A stretch of 64,000 nucleotides of DNA from Actinomycetota bacterium (lineage in GTDB: Bacteria > Actinomycetota > Actinomycetes > S36-B12 > UBA10799): positions 136,494-200,493 of the forward strand of contig JACJWU010000001.1 of the NCBI GenBank assembly GCA_020636995.1. Reading direction: 5' to 3'. The notes beneath the pieces are model-generated. The model saw nothing but the letters and a program-made list of their open reading frames with translations. It did no database searches and was not told the origin of the DNA. Positions 50,507-59,245 of this stretch are shown here, piece by piece. Each line of letters starts with the position of its first letter. Position 1 is the stretch's first letter. Both the position numbers and the translations under genes were made by a program.

Positions 50507-51046
50507 ATGCACTGCCCGTTCTGCCGCAGTGACGACTCCCGGGTCGTCGACTCCCGGCTTGCCGACGACGGTGCGGCGGTGCGCAGGCGGCGGCAGTGTG
50601 CGCAGTGCCAGCGACGCTTCACCACCATCGAGGTGGCGGCACTGAACGTCGTGAAGCGCTCCGGTGTGGTGGAGCCCTTCCGGCGCGACAAGATCATCAG
50701 CGGGGTGCGCAAGGCGTGCCAGGGTCGGCCGGTCTCGGACGACGAACTCGCGGTACTGGCACAGCAGGTCGAGGACACGCTGCGTGACTCCGGCTGTGCC
50801 GAGGTGCCGGCGCACGAGATCGGACTGACCATCCTGGGCCCGTTGCGTGACCTCGACGAGGTCGCCTACCTGCGGTTCGCGTCCGTCTACCGGGCGTTCG
50901 ACTCCCTCGACGACTTCGAGCAGGAGATCGCGTTGTTGAAAGCCAGTCGGTCACCCGCCGGTGGCCGGCCGAAGAGAGTACGGATCGATATCACCGAGGG
51001 GCAGAAACCGGCCCTCACAACTGTTGTCCAGAAGGAGGGCACATGA
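50507..51046 (+). CDS. nrdR: transcriptional repressor NrdR
   Basis: Zinc ribbon [17 protein letters not shown]...[10 protein letters not shown] plus an ATP-cone. The stop overlaps the nrdJ start (ATGA). Confidence 0.93.
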   Translation: MHCPFCRSDDSRVVDSRLADDGAAVRRRRQCAQCQRRFTTIEVAALNVVKRSGVVEPFRRDKIISGVRKACQGRPVSDDELAVLAQQVEDTLRDSGCAEVPAHEIGLTILGPLRDLDEVAYLRFASVYRAFDSLDDFEQEIALLKASRSPAGGRPKRVRIDITEGQKPALTTVVQKEGT

Positions 51047-53871
51047 CCGACCAGTCCATTCCCAAGGCGCGCACTGCGGGCGTGAAAGGGGCCGAGGTGA
51101 CGGTGGAGACCACCGGATTGACCATCGAGCGGCTGTACACGACGCCCGGGGTCCACCCGTACGACGAGGTGGAGTGGGAACGTCGGGATGTCGTGCAGAC
51201 GAACTGGAAGACCGACGAGGTGGTCTTCGAGCAGCACGGTGTCGAGTTCCCGACATTCTGGTCGATCAACGCATCGACGATTGTGACCACCAAATACTTC
51301 CGCGGTGCGCAAGGTACCGACCAGCGGGAGTGGAGCCTGAAGCAACTGATCGACCGCGTGGTTCTCACGTACGTCAAGGGCGGGCGCCAGCACGGCTACT
51401 TCGCCACGGAGCAGGATGCCGAGGTCTTCGAGGCGGAGTTGACCTGGATGCTGCTGCACCAGGTGTTCTCCTTCAACTCGCCGGTCTGGTTCAACGTCGG
51501 TACCACCTCGCCGCAGCAGGTGAGTGCGTGCTTCATCCTCTCGGTCGACGACACCATGGACTCGATCCTCAACTGGTACCGGGAGGAGGGCCTGATCTTC
51601 AAGGGCGGCTCCGGCGCCGGGCTGAACATCTCCCGGATCCGGTCCAGCAAGGAGCTCCTGCGGTCCTCCGGTGGTACCGCCTCCGGCCCTGTCTCGTTCA
51701 TGCGTGGCGCCGACGCCTCGGCCGGGACCATCAAGTCCGGCGGTGCGACCCGTCGCGCGGCCAAGATGGTCGTGCTCGACGTCGATCACCCCGACATCGA
51801 GGAGTTCATCGAGACCAAGGTCAGCGAGGAGGAGAAGATCCGGGTCCTGCGCGACGCCGGCTTCGACATGGACCTGGGCGGCAAGGACATCACCAGCGTC
51901 CAGTACCAGAACGCCAACAACAGCGTCCGGGTCTCCGACGAGTTCATGCGCGCTGTGGAGGCCGAGGACGAGTTCGGCCTGCGGGCACGCACCAACGGTG
52001 AGGTCATCGAGAGTGTCGACGCGAAGAAGCTCTTCCGCAAGATGTCGGAGGCGGCGTGGGCGTGCGCGGACCCGGGGATCCAGTACGACGACACGATCAA
52101 CGACTGGCACACGAACCCCGAGACCGGTCGTATCACCGCATCGAACCCCTGCTCGGAGTACATGTCACTGGACAACTCTTCATGCAACCTGGCCTCGTTG
52201 AACCTGCTGAAGTTCCTCAAGGACGACGGCAGCTTCGATGCCGAGCGGTTCGGCAAGGCGGTGCAGTTGATCATCACCGCGATGGACATCTCGATCTGTT
52301 TCGCCGACTTCCCCACTGAGGCGATCGGCGACACGACACGTGACTACCGCCAACTCGGTATCGGGTACGCCAACCTCGGTGCGCTGCTGATGGCGTGCGG
52401 TCTGCCCTACGACTCCGACGGTGGGCGCGCCCTGGCGGCGTCCATCACGAGCCTCATGACGGGCGCGGCGTACAAGCGCTCGGCGGAACTCGCCGGTGTG
52501 GTCGGTCCCTACACGGGATACGCACGCAACGCCGCGGCACACGCGCGGGTCATGCGCAAGCACGCTGCGGCGACCGACAGTGTGCGTTCGGTGTCGACGT
52601 TGGATGGCGACGTCCTGCGGCTTGCCTCGCACATGTGGGACGAGGGCAACGCGATCGGCGCGAAGAACGGCTGGCGCAACGCGCAGGCGAGCGTGCTGGC
52701 GCCGACCGGGACCATCGGGTTCATGATGGACTGCGACACCACCGGCATCGAGCCGGACTTCTCCCTGGTGAAGTTCAAGAAGCTCGTGGGCGGCGGCTCG
52801 ATGGAGATCGTCAACCAGACGATCCCGCGGGCGCTGCAGCGGCTCGGATACGCCGAAGAGACCGTGGAGGCGATCGTCGAGTACATCGCCGCGCACGGCC
52901 ACGTGGTGGACGCCCCCGGGCTGAAGCCCGAGCACTATCAGGTCTTCGACTGCGCGATGGGCGAGCGCACGATCAGTCCCATGGGCCATGTGCGAATGAT
53001 GGCTGCTGTGCAGCCGTTCCTTTCCGGCGCGATCTCCAAGACGGTCAACATGCCGGAGTCGGCGACCATCGAAGAGGTCGAGGAGATCTACTTCCAGGGC
53101 TGGAAACTGGGTCTGAAGGCGCTGGCGATCTACCGGGACAACTGCAAGGTCGGACAGCCGCTCTCGGACGCGAAAGCGGACAAGAAGCAGGCACCCGCCG
53201 AGGTGATCACCGAAGCCCGTCCCGTGCGCAAGCGCCTTCCCAAGGTGCGGCCGAGCCAGACGATCTCGTTCAGCGTCGGAGGTGCCGAGGGCTACATGAC
53301 CGCCGGCTCCTACCCCGACGATGGCTTGGGAGAGGTCTTCCTCAAGCTCGGCAAGCAGGGTTCCACGCTGGCCGGCGTGATGGATGCCTTCTCCATCGCG
53401 ACATCGATCGCCCTGCAGTACGGGGTGCCGTTGGAGGCCTTCGTCTCGAAGTTCGTCAACATGCGGTTCGAGCCGTCGGGGATGACCGATGACCCGGACA
53501 TCCGGATGGCGCAGTCGATGATGGACTACATCTTCCGACGGCTGGCCCTGGATCACCTTCCGTACGAGAAGCGGGCGGCACTGGGCATCTTCACCGCCGA
53601 GGAGCGTGCGGGCCAACTCGATGAATCCGCCGGTCACCAGTCACAATCGGCGCCCGCTGCTGTCGAGGAGGACCTCAGCGCTGGGACTGCGGAGCACGAG
53701 ATCGGGACAGCCAGCGTGCCCAGTTCGGTGCACTCGTCGGCCGAACTGCTCGAGGCCATCACCGGCAAGACGGCCGATGCACCACTGTGCATGACCTGCG
53801 GGATCAAGATGCGCCCGGCCGGATCGTGCTACGTGTGCGAAGGGTGCGGCTCCACGAGCGGCTGCAGCTGA
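51043..53871 (+). CDS. nrdJ: adenosylcobalamin-dependent ribonucleoside-diphosphate reductase, class II (NrdJ)
   Basis: 942 aa with the active-site region [21 protein letters not shown] and a Cys-rich C-terminal tail CMTCG...CYVCEGCG. The nrdR-nrdJ operon arrangement matches Streptomyces. Confidence 0.9.
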   Translation: MTDQSIPKARTAGVKGAEVTVETTGLTIERLYTTPGVHPYDEVEWERRDVVQTNWKTDEVVFEQHGVEFPTFWSINASTIVTTKYFRGAQGTDQREWSLKQLIDRVVLTYVKGGRQHGYFATEQDAEVFEAELTWMLLHQVFSFNSPVWFNVGTTSPQQVSACFILSVDDTMDSILNWYREEGLIFKGGSGAGLNISRIRSSKELLRSSGGTASGPVSFMRGADASAGTIKSGGATRRAAKMVVLDVDHPDIEEFIETKVSEEEKIRVLRDAGFDMDLGGKDITSVQYQNANNSVRVSDEFMRAVEAEDEFGLRARTNGEVIESVDAKKLFRKMSEAAWACADPGIQYDDTINDWHTNPETGRITASNPCSEYMSLDNSSCNLASLNLLKFLKDDGSFDAERFGKAVQLIITAMDISICFADFPTEAIGDTTRDYRQLGIGYANLGALLMACGLPYDSDGGRALAASITSLMTGAAYKRSAELAGVVGPYTGYARNAAAHARVMRKHAAATDSVRSVSTLDGDVLRLASHMWDEGNAIGAKNGWRNAQASVLAPTGTIGFMMDCDTTGIEPDFSLVKFKKLVGGGSMEIVNQTIPRALQRLGYAEETVEAIVEYIAAHGHVVDAPGLKPEHYQVFDCAMGERTISPMGHVRMMAAVQPFLSGAISKTVNMPESATIEEVEEIYFQGWKLGLKALAIYRDNCKVGQPLSDAKADKKQAPAEVITEARPVRKRLPKVRPSQTISFSVGGAEGYMTAGSYPDDGLGEVFLKLGKQGSTLAGVMDAFSIATSIALQYGVPLEAFVSKFVNMRFEPSGMTDDPDIRMAQSMMDYIFRRLALDHLPYEKRAALGIFTAEERAGQLDESAGHQSQSAPAAVEEDLSAGTAEHEIGTASVPSSVHSSAELLEAITGKTADAPLCMTCGIKMRPAGSCYVCEGCGSTSGCS

Positions 53872-53880
53872 CACCAGACG

Positions 53881-53919
53881 AGGGAGGGCGGCCCAGCCAC
53901 GCAGCGGGTCGCCCTCCCT
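53881..53919 (+). terminator. GC-rich 14-bp hairpin after nrdJ (no U-tract)
   Basis: AGGGAGGGCGGCCC (53881-53894) pairs with GGGTCGCCCTCCCT (53906-53919) around an 11-nt loop, starting 10 nt after the nrdJ stop. Confidence 0.5.
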
Positions 53920-54012
53920 TCTCCATGCCCGCCGATTGTTCACACGTCCGAGTGAACCGCTGAAGCGATACGCAACGCGAGGCTCGCTTACGGCTCGGTC
54001 GCCTGGACCAAG

Positions 54013-55368
54013 GTGGCGGCGGTGAAGCTGGAACCCCAGGAGGACCAGTCGGCATTCATGCTGGTCCAGGTCGAGGACGTGACTGCCGAACGGGAAGCGC
54101 AGGAGGAGCTCGCCTTCCAGGCGCTCCACGATTCCCTGACGGGTCTTCGCAACCGCTCATGGCTCATACAGGTGCTGGACCAGGACCTCGCGGATGCTAC
54201 GGCGCTGGGTCAGCACGTCGGTGTGCTGTTCATCGATCTGGACAACTTCAAGGTCGTCAACGACTCTTTGGGCCATGTCGCCGGCGACGAGGTTCTCTCG
54301 CAGATCGGGCATCGTTTGCAGTCGGCAATGTCATCCCGCGAGCGACTCGGCCGGTTCGGCGGTGACGAATTCGTGGTCATCGTGCCCGAGGTCGGTGATG
54401 TCCTGGAGGTCGAGCGGGTCGCTGAGCGCATCGACGCGGTGATCAGGCAGGAACTGGAGATCCAGGGCCACCGGATCGTTCCGACCGGTTCGATCGGAAT
54501 CGCCGTGTCCGACGCCTCGTCGACGGCGGACGGCCTGCTGCGCGACACCGATGCAGCGTTGTTCCGGGCGAAGTCCACCGGCCGGGGCCGGTGGCACTTC
54601 TTCGATCAGCAGATGCACGACCAAGCCGTTGATCGGCTCACGGTGGAGGGCGAGATCCGGCGCGGCCTCGACGACGGGCAATTCTTCGTGGTGTACCAGC
54701 CGATCGTGCGGCTGCGGGATCGCAAGGTGATCGGGCACGAGGCTCTGGTGCGCTGGCAACACCCGGTGCGCGGTCTTGTGTCACCAGGGGACTTTCTCCC
54801 TGTGGCCGAGGAGAGCGGCCTGATCGTGCCGTTGGGGCGGCACGTCCTCCATCAGGTGTGCACGACGCTACGCGACCGCAGCGACATGGGACCGATCAGT
54901 GTGAACGTCTCGGCTGTTGAACTGGCATCGCGCGGCTGGGCCGGGAGTCTGCTCGCAACGCTGGAGGACTACGCGGTCAAGCCCGAGCAGATCGTGGTCG
55001 AGGTCACCGAGACGGCAGTGCTGTCCCAGTTGGACAGCACGGGCGAGGATCTTGCGTCGTTGCGCGATCTCGGAGTGGGTGTTCACGTCGACGACTTCGG
55101 GACCGGCTTCTCCTCCATCTCGCTGTTGCGGGACCTGCCGGTCACCGGGCTCAAGCTCGACCGTAGTTTCGTGCAGAGCCTGACCTCCGATGACAGTCAG
55201 GCCAACGCGTTGTCGGCCGGTGTTGCGGGCCTGGTCCATGGGCTGCACCTGACGGGCATTGCCGAGGGGGTGGAGACGGAAGCGCAATGGGCGACCTTGT
55301 TGTCCCAGGGGTGGGAGTTCGGGCAGGGGTACCTCTTCGGCCGTCCCGCGCCCATGGAGTCGGCGTAG
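54013..55368 (+). CDS. GGDEF-EAL (diguanylate cyclase / c-di-GMP phosphodiesterase) protein beginning inside a PAS-domain remnant
   Basis: Contains RFGGDEFVV (GGDEF), HEALVRW (EAL), DDFGTGFSS and EGVETE...GQGYLFGRP motifs. The N-terminus ...FMLVQVEDVTAEREAQEEL resembles the last strands of a PAS domain. Confidence 0.85.
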   Translation: MAAVKLEPQEDQSAFMLVQVEDVTAEREAQEELAFQALHDSLTGLRNRSWLIQVLDQDLADATALGQHVGVLFIDLDNFKVVNDSLGHVAGDEVLSQIGHRLQSAMSSRERLGRFGGDEFVVIVPEVGDVLEVERVAERIDAVIRQELEIQGHRIVPTGSIGIAVSDASSTADGLLRDTDAALFRAKSTGRGRWHFFDQQMHDQAVDRLTVEGEIRRGLDDGQFFVVYQPIVRLRDRKVIGHEALVRWQHPVRGLVSPGDFLPVAEESGLIVPLGRHVLHQVCTTLRDRSDMGPISVNVSAVELASRGWAGSLLATLEDYAVKPEQIVVEVTETAVLSQLDSTGEDLASLRDLGVGVHVDDFGTGFSSISLLRDLPVTGLKLDRSFVQSLTSDDSQANALSAGVAGLVHGLHLTGIAEGVETEAQWATLLSQGWEFGQGYLFGRPAPMESA

Positions 55369-55370
55369 CG

Positions 55371-56279
55371 CTACGGGGCCGCGGCCTCGACCTCGGTGGT
55401 GGCCCTGGTGGCCAGCCACGACCCGATCAGCACGATGGGGAAACCCACGAGCATGCCGGTCGTGACGGGCTCGGAGAGCACCGCCACGCCAAGCAGCAAG
55501 GCGACGGCCGGATTGATGAATGTGATCACCACGGCCCGGACAGGGCCAGCGGCTGCGATGAGGCGCAGGAACAGGAAGAACGCCAAGGCCGTGCAGACCA
55601 GCCCCAGCACCAGCAGCGAAGTGATCGTTGCCTGTGACAGTGGCCACGACCCGATGAGTGCCGGCCCGCCGAGGGGAAGGTAGACGACGGCGACGACCAG
55701 TACTGACAGGGCGATCGTGCCGATGGCTGGCGCAGGGTTGTCGAGGCGGTCGAGCAGGATGGGTCCCACCGCGTAGCACGTGGCCACGATCAGCATCTCA
55801 AGAACGCTCACGCCGTCGAGATGGCCGTCCAGGGCGTTGAGCCCCACGAGCGCCGCCACGCCCAGCATGCCCAGTGCCATCCCGAGCACGCGCACACCGG
55901 CCAGTGTCCTGCGGTCGCCCATCATCGCCAGGACGACCGCGCCGATGATCGGGACCGCGGCCAGCAGCAGCCCGGCGAGCGCGCTGGAGATCCGCTGCTC
56001 GGCATGCCCGAGGAGCAGCCAGGGGATCCCCATCTCCAGAACAGCGAACACGGCAACCGGGCGCCAATGGCGCGCCGCTGCCCGCAACGCACCCGAATGC
56101 AGGGCCACCGGGACCAGGACGAGAGCGGCCAGACCTGTGCGCCCGAGCACAACGGCCGATGGCGGGATCTGCTCCACAGCGATCTTGATGAACAAGTAGG
56201 GCAGCCCCCAGATGACGGACATCGCCGCGAACAGCGCCCAGGCCTGACCGGTCAGGCGGTCGTGGTGATGGGCGGGCAT
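55371..56279 (-). CDS. EamA/DMT-family transporter
   Basis: 302 aa with ~10 TM segments and a duplicated EamA-like architecture (SVIWGLPYLFIK...). Confidence 0.8.
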   Translation of the reverse strand: MPAHHHDRLTGQAWALFAAMSVIWGLPYLFIKIAVEQIPPSAVVLGRTGLAALVLVPVALHSGALRAAARHWRPVAVFAVLEMGIPWLLLGHAEQRISSALAGLLLAAVPIIGAVVLAMMGDRRTLAGVRVLGMALGMLGVAALVGLNALDGHLDGVSVLEMLIVATCYAVGPILLDRLDNPAPAIGTIALSVLVVAVVYLPLGGPALIGSWPLSQATITSLLVLGLVCTALAFFLFLRLIAAAGPVRAVVITFINPAVALLLGVAVLSEPVTTGMLVGFPIVLIGSWLATRATTEVEAAAP

Positions 56280-56357
56280 GACGTCATGCTAGGTGTGGGC
56301 TGTGTGGCCTCCGGGGTGTGCAGGGCACAATGAGCCGGAACTGGCAGGAGTGGGGCG

Positions 56358-56839
56358 ATGACGCAGGGCGACCATGTGATGCAGCGGGAGACGGTTCGGG
56401 AGGGCGTGACCATGGCGCTCTATCTGAGCCTGAGCCTGCTGGCGGTCCTGCTCGCCGTGCCCACCACCACTGAGGAGAATCCGCTTGGGCTGGTGAGCCT
56501 CAGCGCCTGGGGTTGCTGGGGGCACATCTGATCGCCTTCACAATGTCCTCGCGACTGGTGTCCGAAGGGGTCTTCGACGCCGAGTCTCGCCGGGTGGCCA
56601 CAGCCCAAGTGGCTGCCGGGCTCGCAATCGTCATCGTGGTCACCATCCCCATGCTGCTGTTCGACGCTCCCACGAGCCTGCACGTCGCGGAAACGCTGTT
56701 GCTGCTGGTCGTACTCGGTGTGGGCTACCTGACCGCTCGCGCGGCCCAGGCATCAGTGCTCAGGTCCGTGCTCTATCTCGTTGCCGTACTGCTGGTCGTG
56801 GCGGGCGTGCTCGTGATCAAGGCGCTGGTCGGTCACTGA
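56358..56839 (+). pseudogene. membrane protein gene split by an apparent 1-nt frameshift (ORF A 56358-56531, ORF B 56513-56839)
   Basis: ORF A (57 aa) ends in the middle of a hydrophobic helix (LGLVSLSAWG|CWGHI*). The -1 frame continues it as ...LLGAHLIAFTMS... The junction lies in the G-runs of CCTGGGGTTGCTGGGGG. Confidence 0.4.
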
Positions 56840-56870
56840 TCCCTGGCTCGGTCGATCACGCACCGCAGGT

Positions 56871-56978
56871 TCAGCCGGTCACGAGGGTGAAAAGCCACAC
56901 CCCGATGGCGATTCCGACCAGGATCGCGATCAGCTGCAGGATGGCCATGGCCGCCTTCGTTGCGTTGGAGTTGTTCAC
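56871..56978 (-). CDS. 35-aa hydrophobic micropeptide (VNNSNATKAAMAILQLIAILVGIAIGVWLFTLVTG)
   Basis: It is not in the ORF track (<60 aa). GTG 56978 forms a GTGA overlap with the stop of the upstream SHOCT gene. An internal ATG 56948 would give 25 aa. It has a single predicted TM helix. Confidence 0.45.
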   Translation of the reverse strand: MNNSNATKAAMAILQLIAILVGIAIGVWLFTLVTG

Positions 56979-57655
56979 CCTTCCTCCAGTACACGTTGTT
57001 TGGCCGCGCGGAACTCCTCGTCCGTGAGCGCCCCGGAACGATGCAGTTCGGCCAGTCGCTCAAGGGCTTCCGGAATCGAGTCGGTGGGAGTGGAAGGTGT
57101 AGGCGCTGTGAGGTGCCGCACGCTCACCGGGGCCGGGGTATCTCGGTAGGGGTCGACCGGCATGTCTGACGGCGCGTCGGCCCACAGCATCTGCTTGGCG
57201 ACGTATCGGTTGAACAGTCCCAACAGCGGGAATCCGCCCATGAGCACGAAGGCGATGCCGCAGATGATCCATCCCCAGACCAGACCATCGGAGCCGTCGG
57301 GCGGATTGAGGCCGTACTCCCAGAAGTTCCAGCCGAGACTAAGGAACAGCGCGGACCAGGTGAGCAGCGTCAGGCGTGGCCCGGGGAGTCTGGACACGGA
57401 CACCGCGTACATCCACAACCCGAGGAGTCCGACGATGATCCCCACAGGCATCAGCGCCGCAGCACCTTCGGGGCACTCCTGCGCGATGACATACGGTCCA
57501 CCGGATGCGCAGTACCCTCCGATGTCCATCACGGCCCGCATGCTCAAGAAGACCAGTGTCAATCCCGTGGTGACGATCGCCAGCCCGACGAACATCAGCA
57601 CCACGCGGCGCAGGGTCGTCGGATCCATGGCACTCATCATGCCCGTGGGGATCAC
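56975..57655 (-). CDS. polytopic membrane protein with a C-terminal SHOCT domain
   Basis: GTG 57655 forms a GTGA overlap with the AAA+ gene stop. It has 4 TM segments and a Cys pair in the first loop (GGYCASGG...AQECPEG). The C-terminus ALERLAELHRSGALTDEEFRAAKQRVL matches the SHOCT pattern. Confidence 0.7.
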   Translation of the reverse strand: MIPTGMMSAMDPTTLRRVVLMFVGLAIVTTGLTLVFLSMRAVMDIGGYCASGGPYVIAQECPEGAAALMPVGIIVGLLGLWMYAVSVSRLPGPRLTLLTWSALFLSLGWNFWEYGLNPPDGSDGLVWGWIICGIAFVLMGGFPLLGLFNRYVAKQMLWADAPSDMPVDPYRDTPAPVSVRHLTAPTPSTPTDSIPEALERLAELHRSGALTDEEFRAAKQRVLEEG

Positions 57656-58932
57656 TCGGGGCCGCGCGCCCCCGCAGTCAGGTCGTCCAATGTCAGGGTG
57701 CGCATCTGCTCGACGCTGACATCTGCCACGTCCCGCAGGCGCCACGCGTGCTCACGCACTGCCGCCTCGAAGACGTTTCGCACGGTGCGGGCGTTGCCGA
57801 AGTCGGGGCGCGTCGCCAGGTCGGCGAAGAGACTACGGGCCTGATCCTCGATGCCGGCGACAAGGACGTAGTCGGAGTCCTCGCACATCCTCACCAGGAT
57901 GCGTAGCAGTTCCTGTGCGGTGTAGTCGGCGAACGTGATGGTGGTCGGGAAGCGGGACTCCAGTCCCGGGTTCGCGGAGATGAACGTGCGCATGTTCTCG
58001 GGGTACCCGGCCACGATGAGGACCAGATCGTCGCGGTGGTCCTCCATGCCCTTGACCAGGGTGTCGATCGCCTCGACCCCGAAATCGTTGCGGGTCAACC
58101 CGTACGCCTCGTCGATGAACAGGATCCCGCCGAGGGCCGATGTGATCTGTTCCTGTGTCTTGATGGCGGTCTGGCCGACGTACCCCGCGACCAGCCCGGA
58201 GGCATCGACCTCGACCAGGTGGCCATCGGCGACCACGCCGAGGGCGCTGTAGATGCGCCCGACGATCCGCGCGACCGTGGTCTTTCCGGTACCCGGGTTG
58301 CCCACGAAGACCAGATGACGACTGACCGTGGGGTTGCGCAGCCCCGCCTTCTCGCGCATCTGTGCGATGCGGATGAGTTGCACCTGCTGATTGATCTCCC
58401 GCTTGGCGTCCTCCAGCCCGACAAGACGTTCGAGGTCGTCGAGCGCTTCTCCCACCGCGGTGGCGTCGGGACCACGTTCCGGCGTGATCTGTGTCGTCAC
58501 CGCCGGGGTCGGCTCCAGTTGCGTGTTGCTGACCGGAGCGGTGCGCGTCACCGTCGCCGCGATCGCGCTCGCGGCGCGGGCGGCACCGGCATCGGCGACC
58601 GCGAACTGCATGCACGCCAGGCGTGTGATCTGTACGAGGAACAGCGAGTATGCCTGCACCTGACTGCGGTGTCCCGCTGCGATAAGTGCACGCAGCGTCG
58701 GCGGTGGCGAGGTGCGGAACACCGTCCCCTGCTTCGCGAGCGCCCGGGTCTCGGGGACCGTCCAACCGAGGTACTGAGCGAACTGCGCCAGGCCGGTCGC
58801 GGCCGCGTCGCCCAGCGAGATGATGGCCGCGGCGATCTGGAAGGCCTCCCGGGCGGCGGCATCCGGATCGTCGAACATGGCAGACGCATCGGAGACGAAG
58901 CGTTTGAGGTCGGGAGCGGGGGAGTCTGCCAC
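57652..58932 (-). CDS. CbbX/SpoVK/EccA-type AAA+ ATPase with an uncharacterised ~170-aa N-terminal domain
   Basis: Walker A GNPGTGKTTVAR, Walker B ILFIDEAYGL, and the VLIVAGYP...RFP pattern of the CbbX subgroup. I do not recognise the N-terminal helical region. Confidence 0.8.
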   Translation of the reverse strand: MADSPAPDLKRFVSDASAMFDDPDAAAREAFQIAAAIISLGDAAATGLAQFAQYLGWTVPETRALAKQGTVFRTSPPPTLRALIAAGHRSQVQAYSLFLVQITRLACMQFAVADAGAARAASAIAATVTRTAPVSNTQLEPTPAVTTQITPERGPDATAVGEALDDLERLVGLEDAKREINQQVQLIRIAQMREKAGLRNPTVSRHLVFVGNPGTGKTTVARIVGRIYSALGVVADGHLVEVDASGLVAGYVGQTAIKTQEQITSALGGILFIDEAYGLTRNDFGVEAIDTLVKGMEDHRDDLVLIVAGYPENMRTFISANPGLESRFPTTITFADYTAQELLRILVRMCEDSDYVLVAGIEDQARSLFADLATRPDFGNARTVRNVFEAAVREHAWRLRDVADVSVEQMRTLTLDDLTAGARGPE

Positions 58933-59064
58933 GTTGCCGATGCTAGACCGGGCGGTGGGGGCGCGGACGGCAGGTCACTCGACGTGGGTAGCCGGATGAG
59001 GTACAGTAAGTGAACAACAAGTTAACAGAACGTACTTCGACATTACGGATGCAGGAGGTTCCTC

Positions 59065-59142
59065 ATGAAACTCATCCGCTCGCTGCTCTTCCTCGACTGC
59101 ACACCCCGGGTCTTCTGGGCCGAGGTCATCCAGGACCGCTGA
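59065..59142 (+). CDS. candidate 25-codon sORF / leader peptide (MKLIRSLLFLDCTPRVFWAEVIQDR)
   Basis: A perfect AGGAGG (59053-59058) lies 6 nt before the ATG, inside the most AT-rich stretch of this intergenic region. It is not in the ORF track (<60 aa). Confidence 0.35.
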   Translation: MKLIRSLLFLDCTPRVFWAEVIQDR

Positions 59143-59158
59143 GGTCCCCTGACGCCGT

Positions 59159-59197
59159 GAGAGGCCATCGGGCGCTTGATGCGCTCGGTGGCCTCTC
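59159..59197 (+). promoter_or_regulatory. 17-bp hairpin (15 WC + 2 GU, loop TTGAT) between the sORF and the fucosidase gene
   Basis: GAGAGGCCATCGGGCGC (59159-59175) pairs with GCGCTCGGTGGCCTCTC (59181-59197). It can extend to 59153-59201 with a 2-nt bulge. There is no U-tract. Confidence 0.55.
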
Positions 59198-59245
59198 GGC
59201 GTATCGACGGCACTATGCTTGGCAGCCCCTTTCATGGGAGCGACC

